DNA from: Ginglymostoma cirratum
Taxonomy: Eukaryota
Length of the DNA: 64,000 nucleotides
Assembly: GCA_024137785.1 (NCBI GenBank)
Contig: JAHRHZ010000268.1
Coordinates: 7,913,485 to 7,977,484 of the forward strand
Reading direction: 5' to 3'
Shown: positions 1 to 13,300 of the stretch, in pieces
How the letters are laid out: every line of letters starts with the position of its first letter
Numbering within the stretch: position 1 is the stretch's first letter
Made by a program: the position numbers and the translations under genes
Notes under the pieces: model-generated
The model's database searches: none
What the model was told of the DNA's origin: nothing
The model's input: only the letters and a program-made list of their open reading frames with translations

Positions 1-34
1 TGCTGTGTTCATCCAGCTCGACACCTTGTTATCT
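1..34 (+). mobile_element. Tail of short Penelope-like element (family A), truncated by window edge
   Basis: TGCTGTGTTCATCCAGCTCGACACCTTGTTATCT matches the distal arm of copies at 29176-29261 and 33657-33820. Confidence 0.7.
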
Positions 35-96
35 TACATTTAAGGGGAAGCTGGATACCTGGATGGACAAAGGACGAAGAGGATGTTTCAATACAA

Positions 97-445
97 ATAG
101 AATCCCTATAGTGTGGAAGCAGGTCATTTGGCCCATCGAGTCGACATTGACTTTCCAAACAGCATCTCACCCACACCCCCCACTGTCCTATCCCTTTACT
201 TTTGCATATCCCATGGTTAATCCACTTAACCTACACATTCCTGGATGCTATGGGCAATTTATCATGGCAAATCCACCTAACCTGCACATCTTTCGACTGT
301 GAGAGGAAACCCAAGCACCCAGAGGAAACCGACACAGACACTGAGAGGATGTGCAAACTCCACACAGACAGTCACTCAAGGGTGGAATCAAACCATGTCC
401 CTGATGATGTGAGGTGGCAGTGCTAACCGCTGAGTCACTGTGCCA
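97..445 (-). mobile_element. tRNA-derived V-SINE (HE1-like, elasmobranch)
   Basis: The minus strand reads GGCACAGTGACTCAGCGGTTAGCACTGCC...GGTTTGATTCC (A/B boxes), then the V-domain TGTGTGGAGTTTGCACATCCTCTC...GGTTTCCTCTGGGTGCT, then a CR1-type 3' tail. Confidence 0.85.
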
Positions 446-1209
446 CTGTATGAATGGAATGGAGGAGACTCATGTGAAGCACGAACATCAGCATCAACCA
501 CGTGGGAAGTGACACTTTTCAGTGTTTTGTACATTAAGCAATTGTATTTAACAATACAGCCCTCGAAGTGAGGATATAGGATTTGGTACATGCTTGGGAA
601 AGCGGTGCGAAAGTCATGATTTATTGCAATTATCCAATTGCGTCTACATGCATCTGTGCCACAAAGACCCGATTACCTGGCATTGGCACAGCCACACACA
701 AGCATCAAGCAGGCAGGTGCCAACATTTTATTGATAGCAAGTAAAAGAAGAAACAGAACGGGACAAAATTTTCTCAGAACTGTCTGTCTGAAACACGTAA
801 AGGAAACATCAGAAAGGCAAACACACTCTGAGATGAATCCTTCACTCATATTCCTTCTGTAGGATATGATGTAGGAATGGTAAAACAAAAAGAAAACTCG
901 TACAGATAATGTGCAGCTGTACCGTACAACAAGGGCTCACATGAAAGGTATCCCACACATAACTCCTTTGCAGTTTGTGAGATTATCAATGTCTTTTTTT
1001 TAAATTGAAAACAAATAGTTATGTTTCACAACAACTGAACAAAAAAAAGACTTGTGAAACAATGATAACCGAATCAGGGAAATGTACTGGCAACATTCTG
1101 CTCTTTGCTTGCAGAAAGCATCACTTGCAGAACTTGAGGAAATGTAAATGTGCTGTGAGATGTCATAACTTTTTTCCATTTGAGACATTGACCAGTATAC
1201 TCTCCACGT

Positions 1210-1655
1210 TGGCTCACCCAACTCTCCGAATCACATAATTGTGGATTCAAGTCTCACTCCAAAGACGTGAGCACGTAAGCTAGTGGTTATTCCAGTACAA
1301 TACTGGGGGAGTGCTACATTGGTACAGGTGCAATCTTCTACATGTAAACGCTAAAATGAGTCTTCATCTCTCCCCTCAACTGGATTCAAAGGAGACCAGG
1401 GCATTATTTCTAAGAGCACTGGGGCTCTTTCTGGCATCCTGCCCAATATTAACCATTCAAAAAAAAATCTCGAAACTAGAACATCTGGTCACAATTTCAT
1501 TGTTATCTGTGGGTTCTTACATTGTGCAAATTGGCTGGCACACTTCTTGTATCGTAACAACAACAGTACTTCAAAATAAAATACTTTGTTGACCATAAAG
1601 CATTTCAGGTCATTCTCTCGATACGAACAATACCATATGGATGTAAGATTCTTTT
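1210..1655 (+). mobile_element. Deu-domain SINE (SacSINE1/AmnSINE1-like), decayed
   Basis: tRNA-like head GGATTCAAGTCTCACTCC, central GTGCAAATTGGCTG motif and tail are shared with copies at 18760, 24200, 40090 and 58445. Confidence 0.7.
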
Positions 1656-2269
1656 TTTTCCCTTTTTCAGGTATTAATTGTCAGCCCCAGCTGCATCTGG
1701 AGCCTGGTGTATTTGCGTCTCCTCTTTGATTAGCATGTATAAATTTCCCTCAACATTATATTGCACAGTGTACAACATCCATTCAATATGCCAGCTCTTT
1801 CTGTGTTCAATTATATGACATCAGTGTGGCAATCAAAACATTGCCAGAATTGTTTCATTGAGTAATAAACTGTGCTATTGGATCTGTAACATCTAGTGAG
1901 TAACATAGAGGTTAACATGAGTTTAAAAGTAGTCAACCGTGGATTACTACCAGAGCCACATGTAAATTTACACAGAGTAAACAAGGTTCGTGAGATTATT
2001 GGTGTGAGAGCAGTGGATTGCAGTTTGTAGAGTACTAGCACCAATATTGGGAAAAGTGAGATCTGTACCTTTAGGATGGTCTAACACCTGGTGTTCTTGC
2101 AAACTGCATAACTAGAGTGTGTTTTAAACTAAGTGGTGGGGGACAGAGCGCAAATTTTGGAAATTGTGTTGAATCAAAGAATGGGAAAAAGGCAACAGAG
2201 GAAGGAATTAATGTGGGAAAAATTTCTTCAGTTCTTCAAAATTGAAAGGAGTTAACAAAGTAAGTGTTT

Positions 2270-4285
2270 AGCTAGAATAAATTGAGAATAAGGAATTTGT
2301 GTTGACGGGTAAGGAGACGGCAGACAAATTGAACAGACATTTTATGTCAGTTTTCATTAAAAAAAAATACAAGTAGGACCCTGGAATTGGCTGTAAATCA
2401 AGAACTGAAAATTTGGGAGGAACTCAAGAAAATTACAATTACCGGGGAAGTAGCATGCAGTAAATCAAAGAAACCATGAGTTGACAAATCCCTAGTTACT
2501 GATCACATTCCTTGTAATTTTCTTACCAATTGCATAGGCCTCTAATGCCTTCTACAAGTCAATGCCAGGATCAGTGTGCCAAAGCAAATTGCCCTCTGCA
2601 GAGCTCCAGAGCTTAGAGTGAACATTGGACCTGATAGATTTCATCCTAGAGTCTTAAAAGAAGTAGCTGGTGAGACAATTGATGCATTGGCTTTAATTTT
2701 CCAAATCTCACTAGATTCAGGAAGGTTCTTTTAGATTGGTAAAGTGCGAACGTAACTCCTTTATTCAAAGAGGGAGGCAGAGGGCGGGAAACTACAGGTC
2801 AGTAGGTTTCTCATCTGTCATAAGGTAAAATTTTAGAAGCTGTTATTAATGATGTTATAACAGGAGAAGTTCAAGGTAATTGGGCAAAACCAATATGATT
2901 TTATCAAAGGGAAATCATGTTTGACTAATTTAGTGGAGTTCTTTGAAGAAATAACTTGAGCTATAGATAAAGGGGAATCAGTGAATGTTTTGTCCTTAGA
3001 TTTCCAGAAGGCATTTGATAAAGAACCGCATCAAAAGTTATTGTGGAAAATGAAAGCTCATGGAGTTGAGGGTACCATATTTAGTATAAGATTGGCTTTA
3101 TTAACAACAAGCACTATGTTTTTTTCAGGCTGGTAGGAAATACCAAGTGGTGTGTCACAGATGTTGGTGCTGGGTCCTCAGCTCTTTACAATTTATATAA
3201 ATGATTTGGATGAAGAGACTGAAGGTATGGTCGCTAAATTTGCAGATGACGCAAAGATAGGTAGCAAAGAAGAATAGAAGAAGAAGAACATTAGGAGGCT
3301 ACAAAAGGCTAGAACAAAAACAAAGTTGCTAGAGAAGCTCAGCAGGTCTGGCACCATCTGTGAAGGAAAGAACAGAGTTAACGTTTCGGCTCTGGTGACC
3401 CTTCTTCAGAACTACAGCATCCGTAGTTCATCCGGTTTTACAAAAGGATATAGTTTAGGTTAAGTGATTGGGCAAAGATCTGGCAATTGGAGACAATGTG
3501 GGAAAATGTGAAATTTACTATTTTGGCAGAAACAATTAAGAAAGCACATTCCATAAATGGTGAGAGATTATAGAGCTTGGAGATGTAGAGAGATCTGGGT
3601 GTGCTGGTATATGAATTGTAAAAGATCAGTATGCAGCTGCAGCAAGTAATCAAGAAAGCTAATAGAATGTTGTGGCTGACTGTCAGGGACATTGGATGAA
3701 AGAGGAGGGAGGTTTTACTTCAGATACAGTGCATTGGTGAGACAGCATCTGGAGTACTTTGTCCAGTAATGGTCATTACTTACAGAAGGATGTTAATACA
3801 TTGAAGCAGTTCAGAAAAGATTTACTACACTAATATCTGGAATAGGAAGATTTCCTTCTGAGGAAAATCTAGACAGGCTACATCTGCATCCTCTGGAGTT
3901 TAGAAGAGACAGCGGTGATTTAGTTGAAGTGTATAAGGTCCTGAGAGAACTTGACTGGGTGGATGACAAAAGGAGTTTCATCTCATGGGAGAATTCAAAA
4001 TTAGGGGTTATAGTTTAAAAATAAGGGAATGACCATTTCAAACAGAGATAAGGAAACATTTGTTCTCTCAGAAAAATAAGTCTTTTGCATTCCCTTCCTC
4101 AAATGGTAGCGGATGCAGAATCTTAAATATTTTTAAGGCAGAGGTAGATTCTTGATCATCCAAGGAAATAAAAGATTTTTGAGGGTATGCAGGATGTAAT
4201 ATTAAGGTTAAAATCAAGTCAGACATGATCTTATCAATGGCAGATTGGAATCAAAGGGCTGAGAGTCTGACTTCCTGTTTGTATT
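2270..4285 (+). mobile_element. CR1 LINE, 5'-truncated, decayed ORF2 (RT) plus 3' UTR
   Basis: Broken-frame translation gives KGKSCLTNLVEFFEE, LDFQKAFDK, VLGPQLFTIYINDLD and KFADDAK; many stops and frameshifts. Confidence 0.92.
3309..3438 (-). mobile_element. Short Penelope-like element (family B) with minimal hammerhead motif, nested in CR1
   Basis: Minus strand 3413-3376 reads AGTT-CTGAAGA-A-GGGTC-ACCA-GAGCC-GAAAC-GTT-AACT. TSD TACAAAAGG at 3300-3308 and 3439-3447. Confidence 0.8.
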
Positions 4286-5404
4286 TGGAGTGGGTAATTC
4301 ATGTTTACTAGCCACTGAGCTTACATTGGCAATTTATCTTGAACAGTTTGAGAAAACTTGCAGTTTCCTGCTTTCATTTCCAACTAATGAATATCTTTAT
4401 AGTCGTTGTCTTTTTATGAGGTAGGACATAACATTGGGGATAATTCTTTGTGAAAACATGTGTGGCAGATCTATTTAAAATGTCTTTTTTCCTGATGCCA
4501 AGGCACACATATCAAATAAACTGAAGTAAAGTACAAGAGTGCTTCTTAGTTTTTAGTAAAACAATGCTTATTTCCTTTGTTTTGCCTTTATCTAGTCGAG
4601 GTTTACTTGCTGGATTGACACAAAGAATAATGTGAAAGATGAACACTTCCTAAGAGTACATTTGTTAACGTAAACCCATCAGAATTCCTGTTTGGTGTTT
4701 TCTCACAAATAAACACAAGACTTCTTAATATAGTTAATTATTTCACAGAAAAGATCATGAGGCTATTTGTATAGGTTTTAAAACAAGGTTGCAGAGCCAT
4801 GATGGGTGGAATGGTCTCCTTCTCTACTGATGATTCTGTGCAGATGTGTGCACATGGTTGGTCTGGTAAAAACACTTTGCTTCGGATGTGTAGAAAAGGG
4901 AGTGTAGTTGGCCAGTTGGTCCATCAAGCCTGCCCCGGGCTAACATGGTGTGACATGTAGGTATGACTTCTCCTTTGCCCCTCTCTCTAGCACGCTATCC
5001 CATTTGAGAAAGGAAACAACGCCAACAAATTCTCTTCCTACCTGGAAAGCAATCAGGCAGTTCTCTGGAGCCCACATAGTGAATTCTTGACTTGTCATCT
5101 GGGTATAAATCAGGTGTTGGAGACAGTAATCCCTTCTTGAAATTGCCCAATTTTATGGCCACTACTTCATTTGGCTGGATCTGTAATGGGAGGTAGTCAT
5201 CATCACCAAGTGGCCTGCCTATTCTTTACCACATGATGCCCTCTTCCAGGAAATCCTTCAAAGAAAAGGAACATCAGCTGATTGTTTCCAACATTTTCCA
5301 TTTTATTGCTCTTTCAAAGGCCTATTCTCTTGAGAAGTCCTGATAATCCAAATGAAGGATAACCTTAGTGCAATATTTCTGGATCAGAATATGATCTATT
5401 GTGG

Positions 5405-5690
5405 TGAGGCAGTGGCATAGTGGTAATGTCACTGGATTGATAATCCAGAGCACCAGGTTAGTCTCTGGTGACATGAGTTCAAATCCCACTGTAGTAGATT
5501 CCCAAACTTGAATTTACTGCAGTCTGGAATAAAAATAAATTACTCAATTGTTGTTAAAAAACCTATGTGCTTTGGAGAAGGTAATCTGAGCTCCTTGCCC
5601 AGTCTGGCCTACATGCAACTGAAGACCCACAGGAGTGCCTGGACAGCTTATGAGTTCAAGGTCATTCACAGGCAATGAATGAATAAAGAA
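5405..5690 (+). mobile_element. tRNA-derived SINE (second family)
   Basis: A box GTGGCATAGTGG and B box GAGTTCAAATCCC; body shared with copies at 17475, 34170, 42445 and 60650. Confidence 0.75.
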
Positions 5691-6874
5691 TAATTTGAAG
5701 CTTTGCATGTGACTTTGTTACTGGTGATGTACTATTTTAATATTCACCATGAGTGCAGGATGATGTATATAGCTTTAAACTTGTAAAAGGCAAATTTAAG
5801 ACAGATGCCAGAAAGCATTCGCTCACAAAAAGACTGATTTACACAGACATGTCCAGATAGGGAAATGGAAGCAAACACTCTGAAATGATAAACTGAGAAT
5901 ATCATAGCTTCTATGGACTTGGAAATTTGGGACTATTTCCATCAAGAGATTTCAGGATGACAGTACTTATGAATGGGATAGATTAGAGTTGGAAAAGACG
6001 GCATCCGGTGATTAAGTGAACCAGAATGAAGGGTTTGGACAACAGATTAAATATAACAGATTGAGGGAAAAATAATGGGCTGATTTTTGCACAAGACTAT
6101 CAAATCAGGGCTGTTAAGTGGAGCAGGAACCATGCTATGAATTTAGATTGGCTGCTGAAAGCAAGAGAGAGAAAAGGAATTTGGGAACAGATCCCCATTT
6201 TCAGAGAGACTGTGAAGTTGGAGAGAATTGCATAATGCAGGCACTTAACATGTCACTCTTATTGCTTTCAGAATCCAGGGCAATACTGACAAGTCCAGGT
6301 TAATAAATGGACAGGTCAGAACTGGTTGAGTGAGTCAGACAACAAACGGGCTACATTAATATTTTCACTCCAAGTAAATAGTTCTCTGGACATGACAATA
6401 AAATTCAGAGGAACAATGATTAAGAATGTGACCATACCTGAGAGCTGAATTTCCCACAGAACTGGAATCTGTGCTGTATTTTAGCCCCAGTCTCAACCTA
6501 ATCGAAAACTGATTAAAGTGAGAATGTTCACACAGTGAGTCCTTAATTGGCAAGGAGCTGGTTTCTGTGTCTGATTAAAGGTGGTCAGCAGACTCTGGGA
6601 GCTGGATGGCCAATCAAAGGCTCTCCAGTTTCTGAGGACCACATAGCTGCAGTAAGAGGTAGGTAACTGGGAGGGTTCTTCAACAAGAAGGTACACTCTT
6701 GATGCTTCCGAAAAGCTTTAAATCAAAAAATAAGTAAAATAAATAGTCGATCAACATAGTGCAGGAGGATAGAGAATGGGGAAGCCCATCCACAGAGCAG
6801 GTTTTAACATATTAGCTGGGGTTATCATCAAAGTTAGGAAGATTGGTCAGTGGACCCGAAGGGAGAGCAGATAG

Positions 6875-7500
6875 ATGGTGTTCCCATGCTAACATCTCTG
6901 TCGCAGGCCTGCTGCAGTGTTCTATTGAGCCTCAGCACAAATTTGGAGAACAACATCTCATTATCCATTTGGGCACCCTGCAGTCTCTCGGACTAAGTTT
7001 CAAGTTCAACAGCTTTGGAGCCTGATTCCATCATTCTATGTTTGTTATCCACCCCACCCCTGTTGTGTCATGGGTTTCTTTGAGCACAGTCACCCATGCT
7101 CAGGTAGTCCTAGACCTATTATCACATTATATGGGTTGCCTTCACTACAGCTCACCCATTTCTCCTGCTTTTAGATATTATTATCACTTATTCAGCTTTG
7201 CTTTTTTTCTATACTGCTCTTCTAACCATAATCTCCTTTTTTGCCTACCCCTTTTCATATATCTCTCTCTGGGCTCAGTCCCAACTATCCACTCACCTCT
7301 CCCCTTACCCTTGCCCTTCCATCAACCTTGGCTTTAGCATAAATACCACATTTTCTGAGCTGCTAACTCTTCTGCTAAAGAGTCACTGGACTCGAAACAT
7401 TAACTCTGCTTTCTTCCCACCAATGCTGCCAGACTTGCTGAGTTTCTCCAGCAATTCCCGTTTTTGTTTCACATCTCTGGAATCCGCAGTTCTACGTTTT
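6875..7500 (+). mobile_element. Penelope-like retroelement 3' remnant: GIY-YIG C-terminus plus terminal repeat with degenerate hammerhead
   Basis: ORF 6843-7025 ends SHANISVAGLLQC...EQHLIIHLGTLQSLGLSFKFNSF*, resembling PLE endonuclease C-termini. A pyrimidine-rich UTR follows, then the family-B terminus GAGTCACTGGACTCGAAACATTAACTCTG...ATGCTGCCAGACTTGCTGAGTTTCTCCAGC. Confidence 0.75.
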
Positions 7501-7689
7501 ATTCAAGTTATTATTCTTGTGTCAATCTGGCCAGAGCATGTCAGCAAACTAATGAATTTTTGGGGAGCCACATAGGCAATGCAAGTATTATTGACATTCA
7601 TACTCGCATAATAGAACTATGGATAATTTCTCCTCTTCCAAAGCCAGAAACACTGAGGCCAGCTCTAGGAGGAAATAACTTTAAAATGT

Positions 7690-7900
7690 TGTAGCATAGT
7701 TCAGTCTGTCCTTGATTGTCACTGGGACAAATTTCTGGAGCACCCTCCCTCAACAGCACTGTAGATGTACTTACACTCCCACATGGTCTGCAGCAGTTCA
7801 AGAAGGCAGCTTGCAACAAGCTCCTCAGACTATTAGGATTGATCTGCAAACACTACTCTGGCCAGCGGCACTACATCCCGTGGAAAAATAAGAAAAATGC
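7690..7900 (+). mobile_element. 3' end of CR1/L2-group LINE (same family as 11125-12420)
   Basis: CTCCCTCAACAGCACTGT...CTGCAGCAGTTCAAGAAGGCAGC matches the reverse complement of about 11200-11290. Confidence 0.65.
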
Positions 7901-7914
7901 TTCATAGGAATTGA

Positions 7915-8260
7915 GAACTTTTGAAACCCCGTGATGCGGGTAAAATGTAGCAGCCAATTTATGTACATCAAGATCACAAACAATCAATTACCAAATAGTC
8001 TGCTTTAATAATCTAAATTGACAGATTAAAAATGGGCCAGGACAGAGTGAAAATGATTTTGCTTCTTTGAATGAAGCTTATGATGGCATCTTCAAAGATG
8101 GCACCTGTGACAATATAACATGTCTTCAGTGCTGCGCTGAAGTGTCAGCCTCGATGTGTTCACATGGGAGGGTTGAGCCCACAACTTTGTGATAATGGTT
8201 AGAATGTTGCAATCAAGCTGAAGCTGATACCTTAACAGTGATATCAATGTTTCCATAAAT
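7915..8260 (-). mobile_element. Deu-domain SINE, decayed
   Basis: GCAGCCAATTTATGTACA and downstream blocks are the reverse complement of the 1210/24200 family. Confidence 0.6.
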
Positions 8261-8384
8261 AAGATCAAGTATCTCTGCACGCCTTCCTCCACTGAATAAA
8301 TACACCATGGTGTGGTGGAGTCTTTTTATCATCCTGATGTGATATGTATAAAGCCATAGAAGTCTGAAGCAAGAAGTTTCAAAA

Positions 8385-9135
8385 ACAAAGAGACCAATTT
8401 GACCCTTAAGCCTCCTTCACCATGCAGCAGAACCATGGCTGATCTTCCAAATGCAGTTCTTCTCATTCTGCCCCCAAAGTCTTGGGGACCTAAATACTTA
8501 CTGACCTCTACCTTGATTATACTCAATGACTGATCATCCACTGCTCTCTGGGGTAGAGATCCACAAAGATTCACAATTCTTTGGGTGACAATGTCTTTCC
8601 TCATCTCAGTCCTAAATTGCTGACCCCTTACTCTGAGACTGTGACCTCATGTCCTGGATGAAACAGCTAGAGGAAACATTCCACAGCATCAGCCTGTCAA
8701 CTCCCTCCAGAATCTTATACATTTCAAGTAGATCATCTCACATTGCTCTGAGCTGGCGGAAATACAGGCCTTGTGTATTCAAGCTCTCCTTAATGAACAA
8801 TCTCTTTTCCTCTCACAAAGACTTCTTTGCTCTTATAGTCTAATCCTTATCTGACCAAAACATTTGCTTTTCTAATTGTTTTCTGTACCTTCATGTTAAC
8901 TGTTCGAGATTCAGGCTGAATTGGTATTCAGGTATGTCTGAATGCAAACATTTCCCAGTCTCTCACCATTGAATTTATATTTTGCTTTATTTTCATATAT
9001 TTCTTACAAACATGTGTAACTTCACACTTGATCACCTTGTATTCAGTCTGCCTCATTCTGTTCCAGTCACATAATTGGTCTATATCATCTGCAACCTTTT
9101 CGAATACTTCTCACTGCTTCCTTTTCCACCTAGTG
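8385..9135 (-). mobile_element. CR1 LINE 3' fragment
   Basis: Minus-strand translation TQRIVNLCGSLPQRAV resembles the CR1 ORF2 C-terminus (compare FSQRVVGLWNSLP at 38208-38942). Confidence 0.8.
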
Positions 9136-11124
9136 TTATCACAAATTAAGCAGAGTGACTATGACACAACCTCCATGCTCCACAGAGAATTAAAATAGCT
9201 TTTAATTAAAGAATTATGTAAGTCCTATTTGGTATTCTTCCAATGTTATTTTGTTAATGAATGCTTAATTCAAGACATCCAGGTCCTTTCAGGTCACAGT
9301 TTGGTATTCGGTACCACATATGCTCCTGGGAGTATTTGTCAGCTTGTAATTGAAGTCTGCAGCAGAATACATTATATGTTTAATATCCCTTATTCACCAT
9401 AATCCTTTCCCAGGACTTAGTGGACTGCGGGGCACAGTCAATGCAACCAGAACAGTTTATTATGACACGAACAGGAGAACCAGCAGGTAACTGACATTGC
9501 AGAATAACCATCTGTCATTCTTGAGTTCTTTGCATGATAATATGACAAATATAAATGAGGGACAATGGTCCTCACATCCAGAATTACTTTTCAAATTCCC
9601 CTCCCCCCTTCAACTGCTACCTATTCGTATGATCTCATCAAATTCTGAATGAATCTAAAGTTGTTCTATGCCCAGAGACCACCCCAAGTACTGATTATAG
9701 TTTAACCTTCTGACTGATCTCCACTGCAAAAGTATCTTTCATCAATTTTTTTTGTTTTCTCATTGCCCTTGTCCTAATGTCATCTACTAATGCTGCAAAT
9801 ATACCTTGTTTCTGAAGTTTAAAATCTTGCATGCTTCTGTAAAATCCCCATCTATCAGCTCTATGCAAGTCCAAACAACACATGGCTGAACCTATTCTAA
9901 GTGGAAGTATTCTCAGGGAGAACCATTTCAATTCGAAAGGTGCATGGACATGTCTTATGTTTGCAATAGACAAAGGCAGAAAGCTCATGGATCTAAAACC
10001 ATTCACATATCCTCCCAACTCAATCAGCATTTTCACTCATTACAAAGAGTCATTACAAAAAGGAATTATTATCATTGTGGAGTGATTAATGTTGGATTTC
10101 ATTTCCAAACCATGGTCAAAATGCTCATTTTTTTTCTTTGATGACTGTTAGCTCAAGCATAGTGGGAATAGCCATGGTGATAACCGAGGCTCACGGTTGA
10201 TTTAGTGAACCCATCAATTACTGTACCAACTTCTCCTTAGCTGTGCACTATGACCTTATTCTGTCCCCTTTAATTGACTGTTAAATACAGGTAGCAAGAT
10301 CCACAAACTCCTACTGTTAACCCTTAGAGATTTGATTACACTTGCTTAATCCTGAAGTATAATTCTATTATTTTACATTTGAATTTAACTATCCAGTTAA
10401 AATTGACTTAAAATAGATCAGGAAGAAAAGCATACAATACTTTGATATTGCACAATTTCAACAAGGAGATAACTTGACTGTCAGTGTCTTAAATGAAGCC
10501 CCTACTATAGTACAGGATGGGTTTCAAAACATTACCGGCAACAGGCAAATAATTGCATTCACCCAACATCATTCATTTGGAAATCAAATGAGATCATGTT
10601 GGAAGCTTGCAGACCAGATCAGACAATGTCTATGTAAAGCAGATATAAATCTTGCACTAGAATTGAAGCAAATGTTTAGTTCTTTTGCTGGGTCTGCATC
10701 TAAAATGTCAGCCCAGGATATATTATAACTAGAGGGGTGTGGTTCAGGTTCATAAGACTAATACTCAATATAAAAGAGATAGATCTTCAAATCTGAAGTT
10801 TTGTTTTTGGTTAAGCCAGTACTGAAGATATTGACTAAAGGCAAACATGTGGAGTTACACTAGAGAGTAGCCAGGATTTCATTGAATGTTGGAACAGGAT
10901 CAATGGGCTGAATGGCCTCCGGCTATTCTTATTGTTCATATAAATTATGAAAGCAGGTTCCGTAGGCACTGCTAAAAAGAGGCGCAAAGTGTTCCATCGT
11001 GCACTTATCAGGACTGGGAAGCAAGAATTCAAATTAGAAATGGAACAACAGTCAATACCGCATGAGAAGAGGGCACTGATTGGCTGGATGATGGTTGGCA
11101 TGCAGCTGGAACTGTTAACTGTCA

Positions 11125-12420
11125 ATCTTTTCATTTGACAATGGGATGTAGGTGTCCTTGACTAGGCTAGCATTTATTGTCTACCCTTCTTCACTCTTGA
11201 GAAGGTGGTGATAACCTGCCACCTTGAACTGCTGCAGCTCATTTGCTGCAGGTAGACCCACAAAGCCACAAAGGGGTTTCCAGGGTTTTGACCCCAGTGA
11301 CATTTGAAAGAATGATCATATATTTCCAAGTGAGGAAGAGTGAGCAGCTTGGAGGGGGATTTCCAATGGTGCTCTTCCCATATATTTGCTGTCCTTATCT
11401 TCAAGATGGTCATGATTTTGGGTTTGGAAGGTGTAGTCAAAGGTCCTTTGGTAAATATCTAACGCTCTGCTGCGGTGGAGTCAGTGGATATTTGTGAACT
11501 TGCTGCCAAAGCAGGCTGCTTTATCCTGGATGGTGTGAAGCTTCTTGAGTGTTGTTGGAGCTGCACTCATATCAGGAAACTAGGGAGTATTCCATTACAC
11601 TCGTAACTCGCGTCTTGTAGATGGTGAACAGGCTTTGTGGAGTGAAGTGGTAAGTTAGTTGCTGCAGTATTCCCAGCCTCACACCTGCTCTTGTAGTCAT
11701 TGTGTTTATGCTGCTAATCCAGTTCAATTTCTGATCAAAAGTAACCCCAGAATATTGGTCATTAGGTATGTAGTGATGGTAATTAAATACCAGGGGTGAT
11801 GGTTAGACTTTCTCTTGTTAGAGATGGTAATTGCCTGGCCTTTGTGTGATGTGAACATTACTTGCCATGTGTCAGCCAAAACCTGGATATTGTCCAATAT
11901 TTGCTGCATTTGAACATGGACTGCTTCAGTATCTCAGGAGTCAGGAATGGTGCTAAACATTGTGCAGTTATCAGCGAAGATTCCCATTACTAACCTTACG
12001 ATGGAGGGAAATTGTTGATGAAGCAGCTGAAGATGGTTGAACTGAGGAAACACCCCTGTGGGACTCCTGCACAGATGTAATAAAGCTGAGATGACTGACT
12101 CCAACAAGCGCAAGCATCTTCCTTTATCCCAGGTATGACTCCAGTAGAGAGTTTACCCCCTGATTCCCATTGATACTGTTTCTGCTGGGGTTTCATAAAA
12201 CCACAGTCAGTCAAATGCAGCCTTGATGATGAGGGCTGTCACTCTCACTTCCCCTCTGGAATTTAGGTCTTTGATCCACGTTTGAGCCAGGGCTGTAATG
12301 AGGTCAGGAGCTGAGCAGCCCTGGCAGAATCCAAACTGAGCATCAGTGAGCAGGTTATTGCTGAGCGAGTGCTGCTTGATAGCACTGATGATGACACCTT
12401 CCGTCACGTTACTGATGGTC
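11125..12420 (-). mobile_element. CR1/L2-group non-LTR retrotransposon, RT to 3' end
   Basis: ORFs give LLTDAQFGFCQGCSAPDLITAL...VTALIIKAAFD, AGVPQGCFLSSTIFSCFINN and MQQILDNIQVLADTWQVMF. Confidence 0.88.
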
Positions 12421-12429
12421 TTAATTAGT

Positions 12430-12880
12430 TAATTAAACTCAGACCTGATAGGTCAACTCTGTCTGGACAGAGCGTTGACATGGGAAATGTAGCAGGGTCT
12501 TCCTTCCTTCAACAAGAAAGGTTAAATGTGTGGACAAAATCTTCTTGCCGATGAACAAAAGGTCCTGTGTGTGAATGTGTGCAGCTTCTAACTCACGCAA
12601 ATGAATCACACTGCAAGAAACCCTGCTGCATTCACCCTAACCAGTCAGAGTCTGCCTACCTTGTCTGCTTTTAATCAGACAACTGAGATTGAGAGTTCAC
12701 AGTACCTCATGTATCTCATTCACTAGACCATGGTTGGCAATCAACAACCTCACCTCATATTGCATAAATTGTTGTTTCCCTTTCTAAATTTGGTTTCTTG
12801 CATCCCAGTCCTGATGAATGCAAAATGAAGCGCTTCATCTTCACATCTCTTTTTGACAATGTTTAAATCTTTTACTACGA
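12430..12880. mobile_element. Penelope-like fragment with internal inversion (third family)
   Basis: Minus strand about 12610-12520 encodes HLRELEAAHIHTQ (GIY-YIG C-terminal-like). Plus strand 12750-12880 resembles the arm at 14570-14690, including GTCCTGATGAATGCAAAATGAAG. Confidence 0.55.
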
Positions 12881-12929
12881 AGCAATTTGAAATGTTCCTT
12901 GGACTAGACTTGATTTATTTGAGCAAAGG

Positions 12930-13300
12930 TGATTGAGGAGTGATATTTGTGAAATGATTTAAAGATTTGACAGGATAGATAATGTGAAATAATTTCCTCT
13001 GATGAGCAGAAGAAGTCAGAATGAGGGATCATGGTCTTAAAATTACAGCTATGTAATTCGGGATGATGTCAGGAAGAATTCTTCACACAAAGAGTAGAAA
13101 CATCCATCTCTCCCCAAAATGTTGTTAAGTCCAGGTGTTAATTGAAACTGGCCAAACAATAATTGATAGATTTTTGTTAGCCAACGGTTTATATCTTTTG
13201 GACCAAGGAGAGTGACAGAGTTAAAACAGAGATCATTTATGATTAAATTGAATCTTGGAATAGACTCATGCGTTAAAAAAGCCTACTCCTGCTCCTCATG
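12930..13300 (+). mobile_element. CR1 LINE 3' fragment, old
   Basis: Decayed GGATAGATAATGTGAAATAATTTCCTCTG...TTCTTCACACAAAGAGTAG...GCCTACTCCTGCTCCT, as in the other CR1 tails. Confidence 0.7.

Noticed and set aside
380-445. tRNA genes here and at other A/B-box sites (5405, 18760, 34240, 42490)
   Set aside because: These are SINE heads continuing into SINE bodies; I could not form a full cloverleaf.
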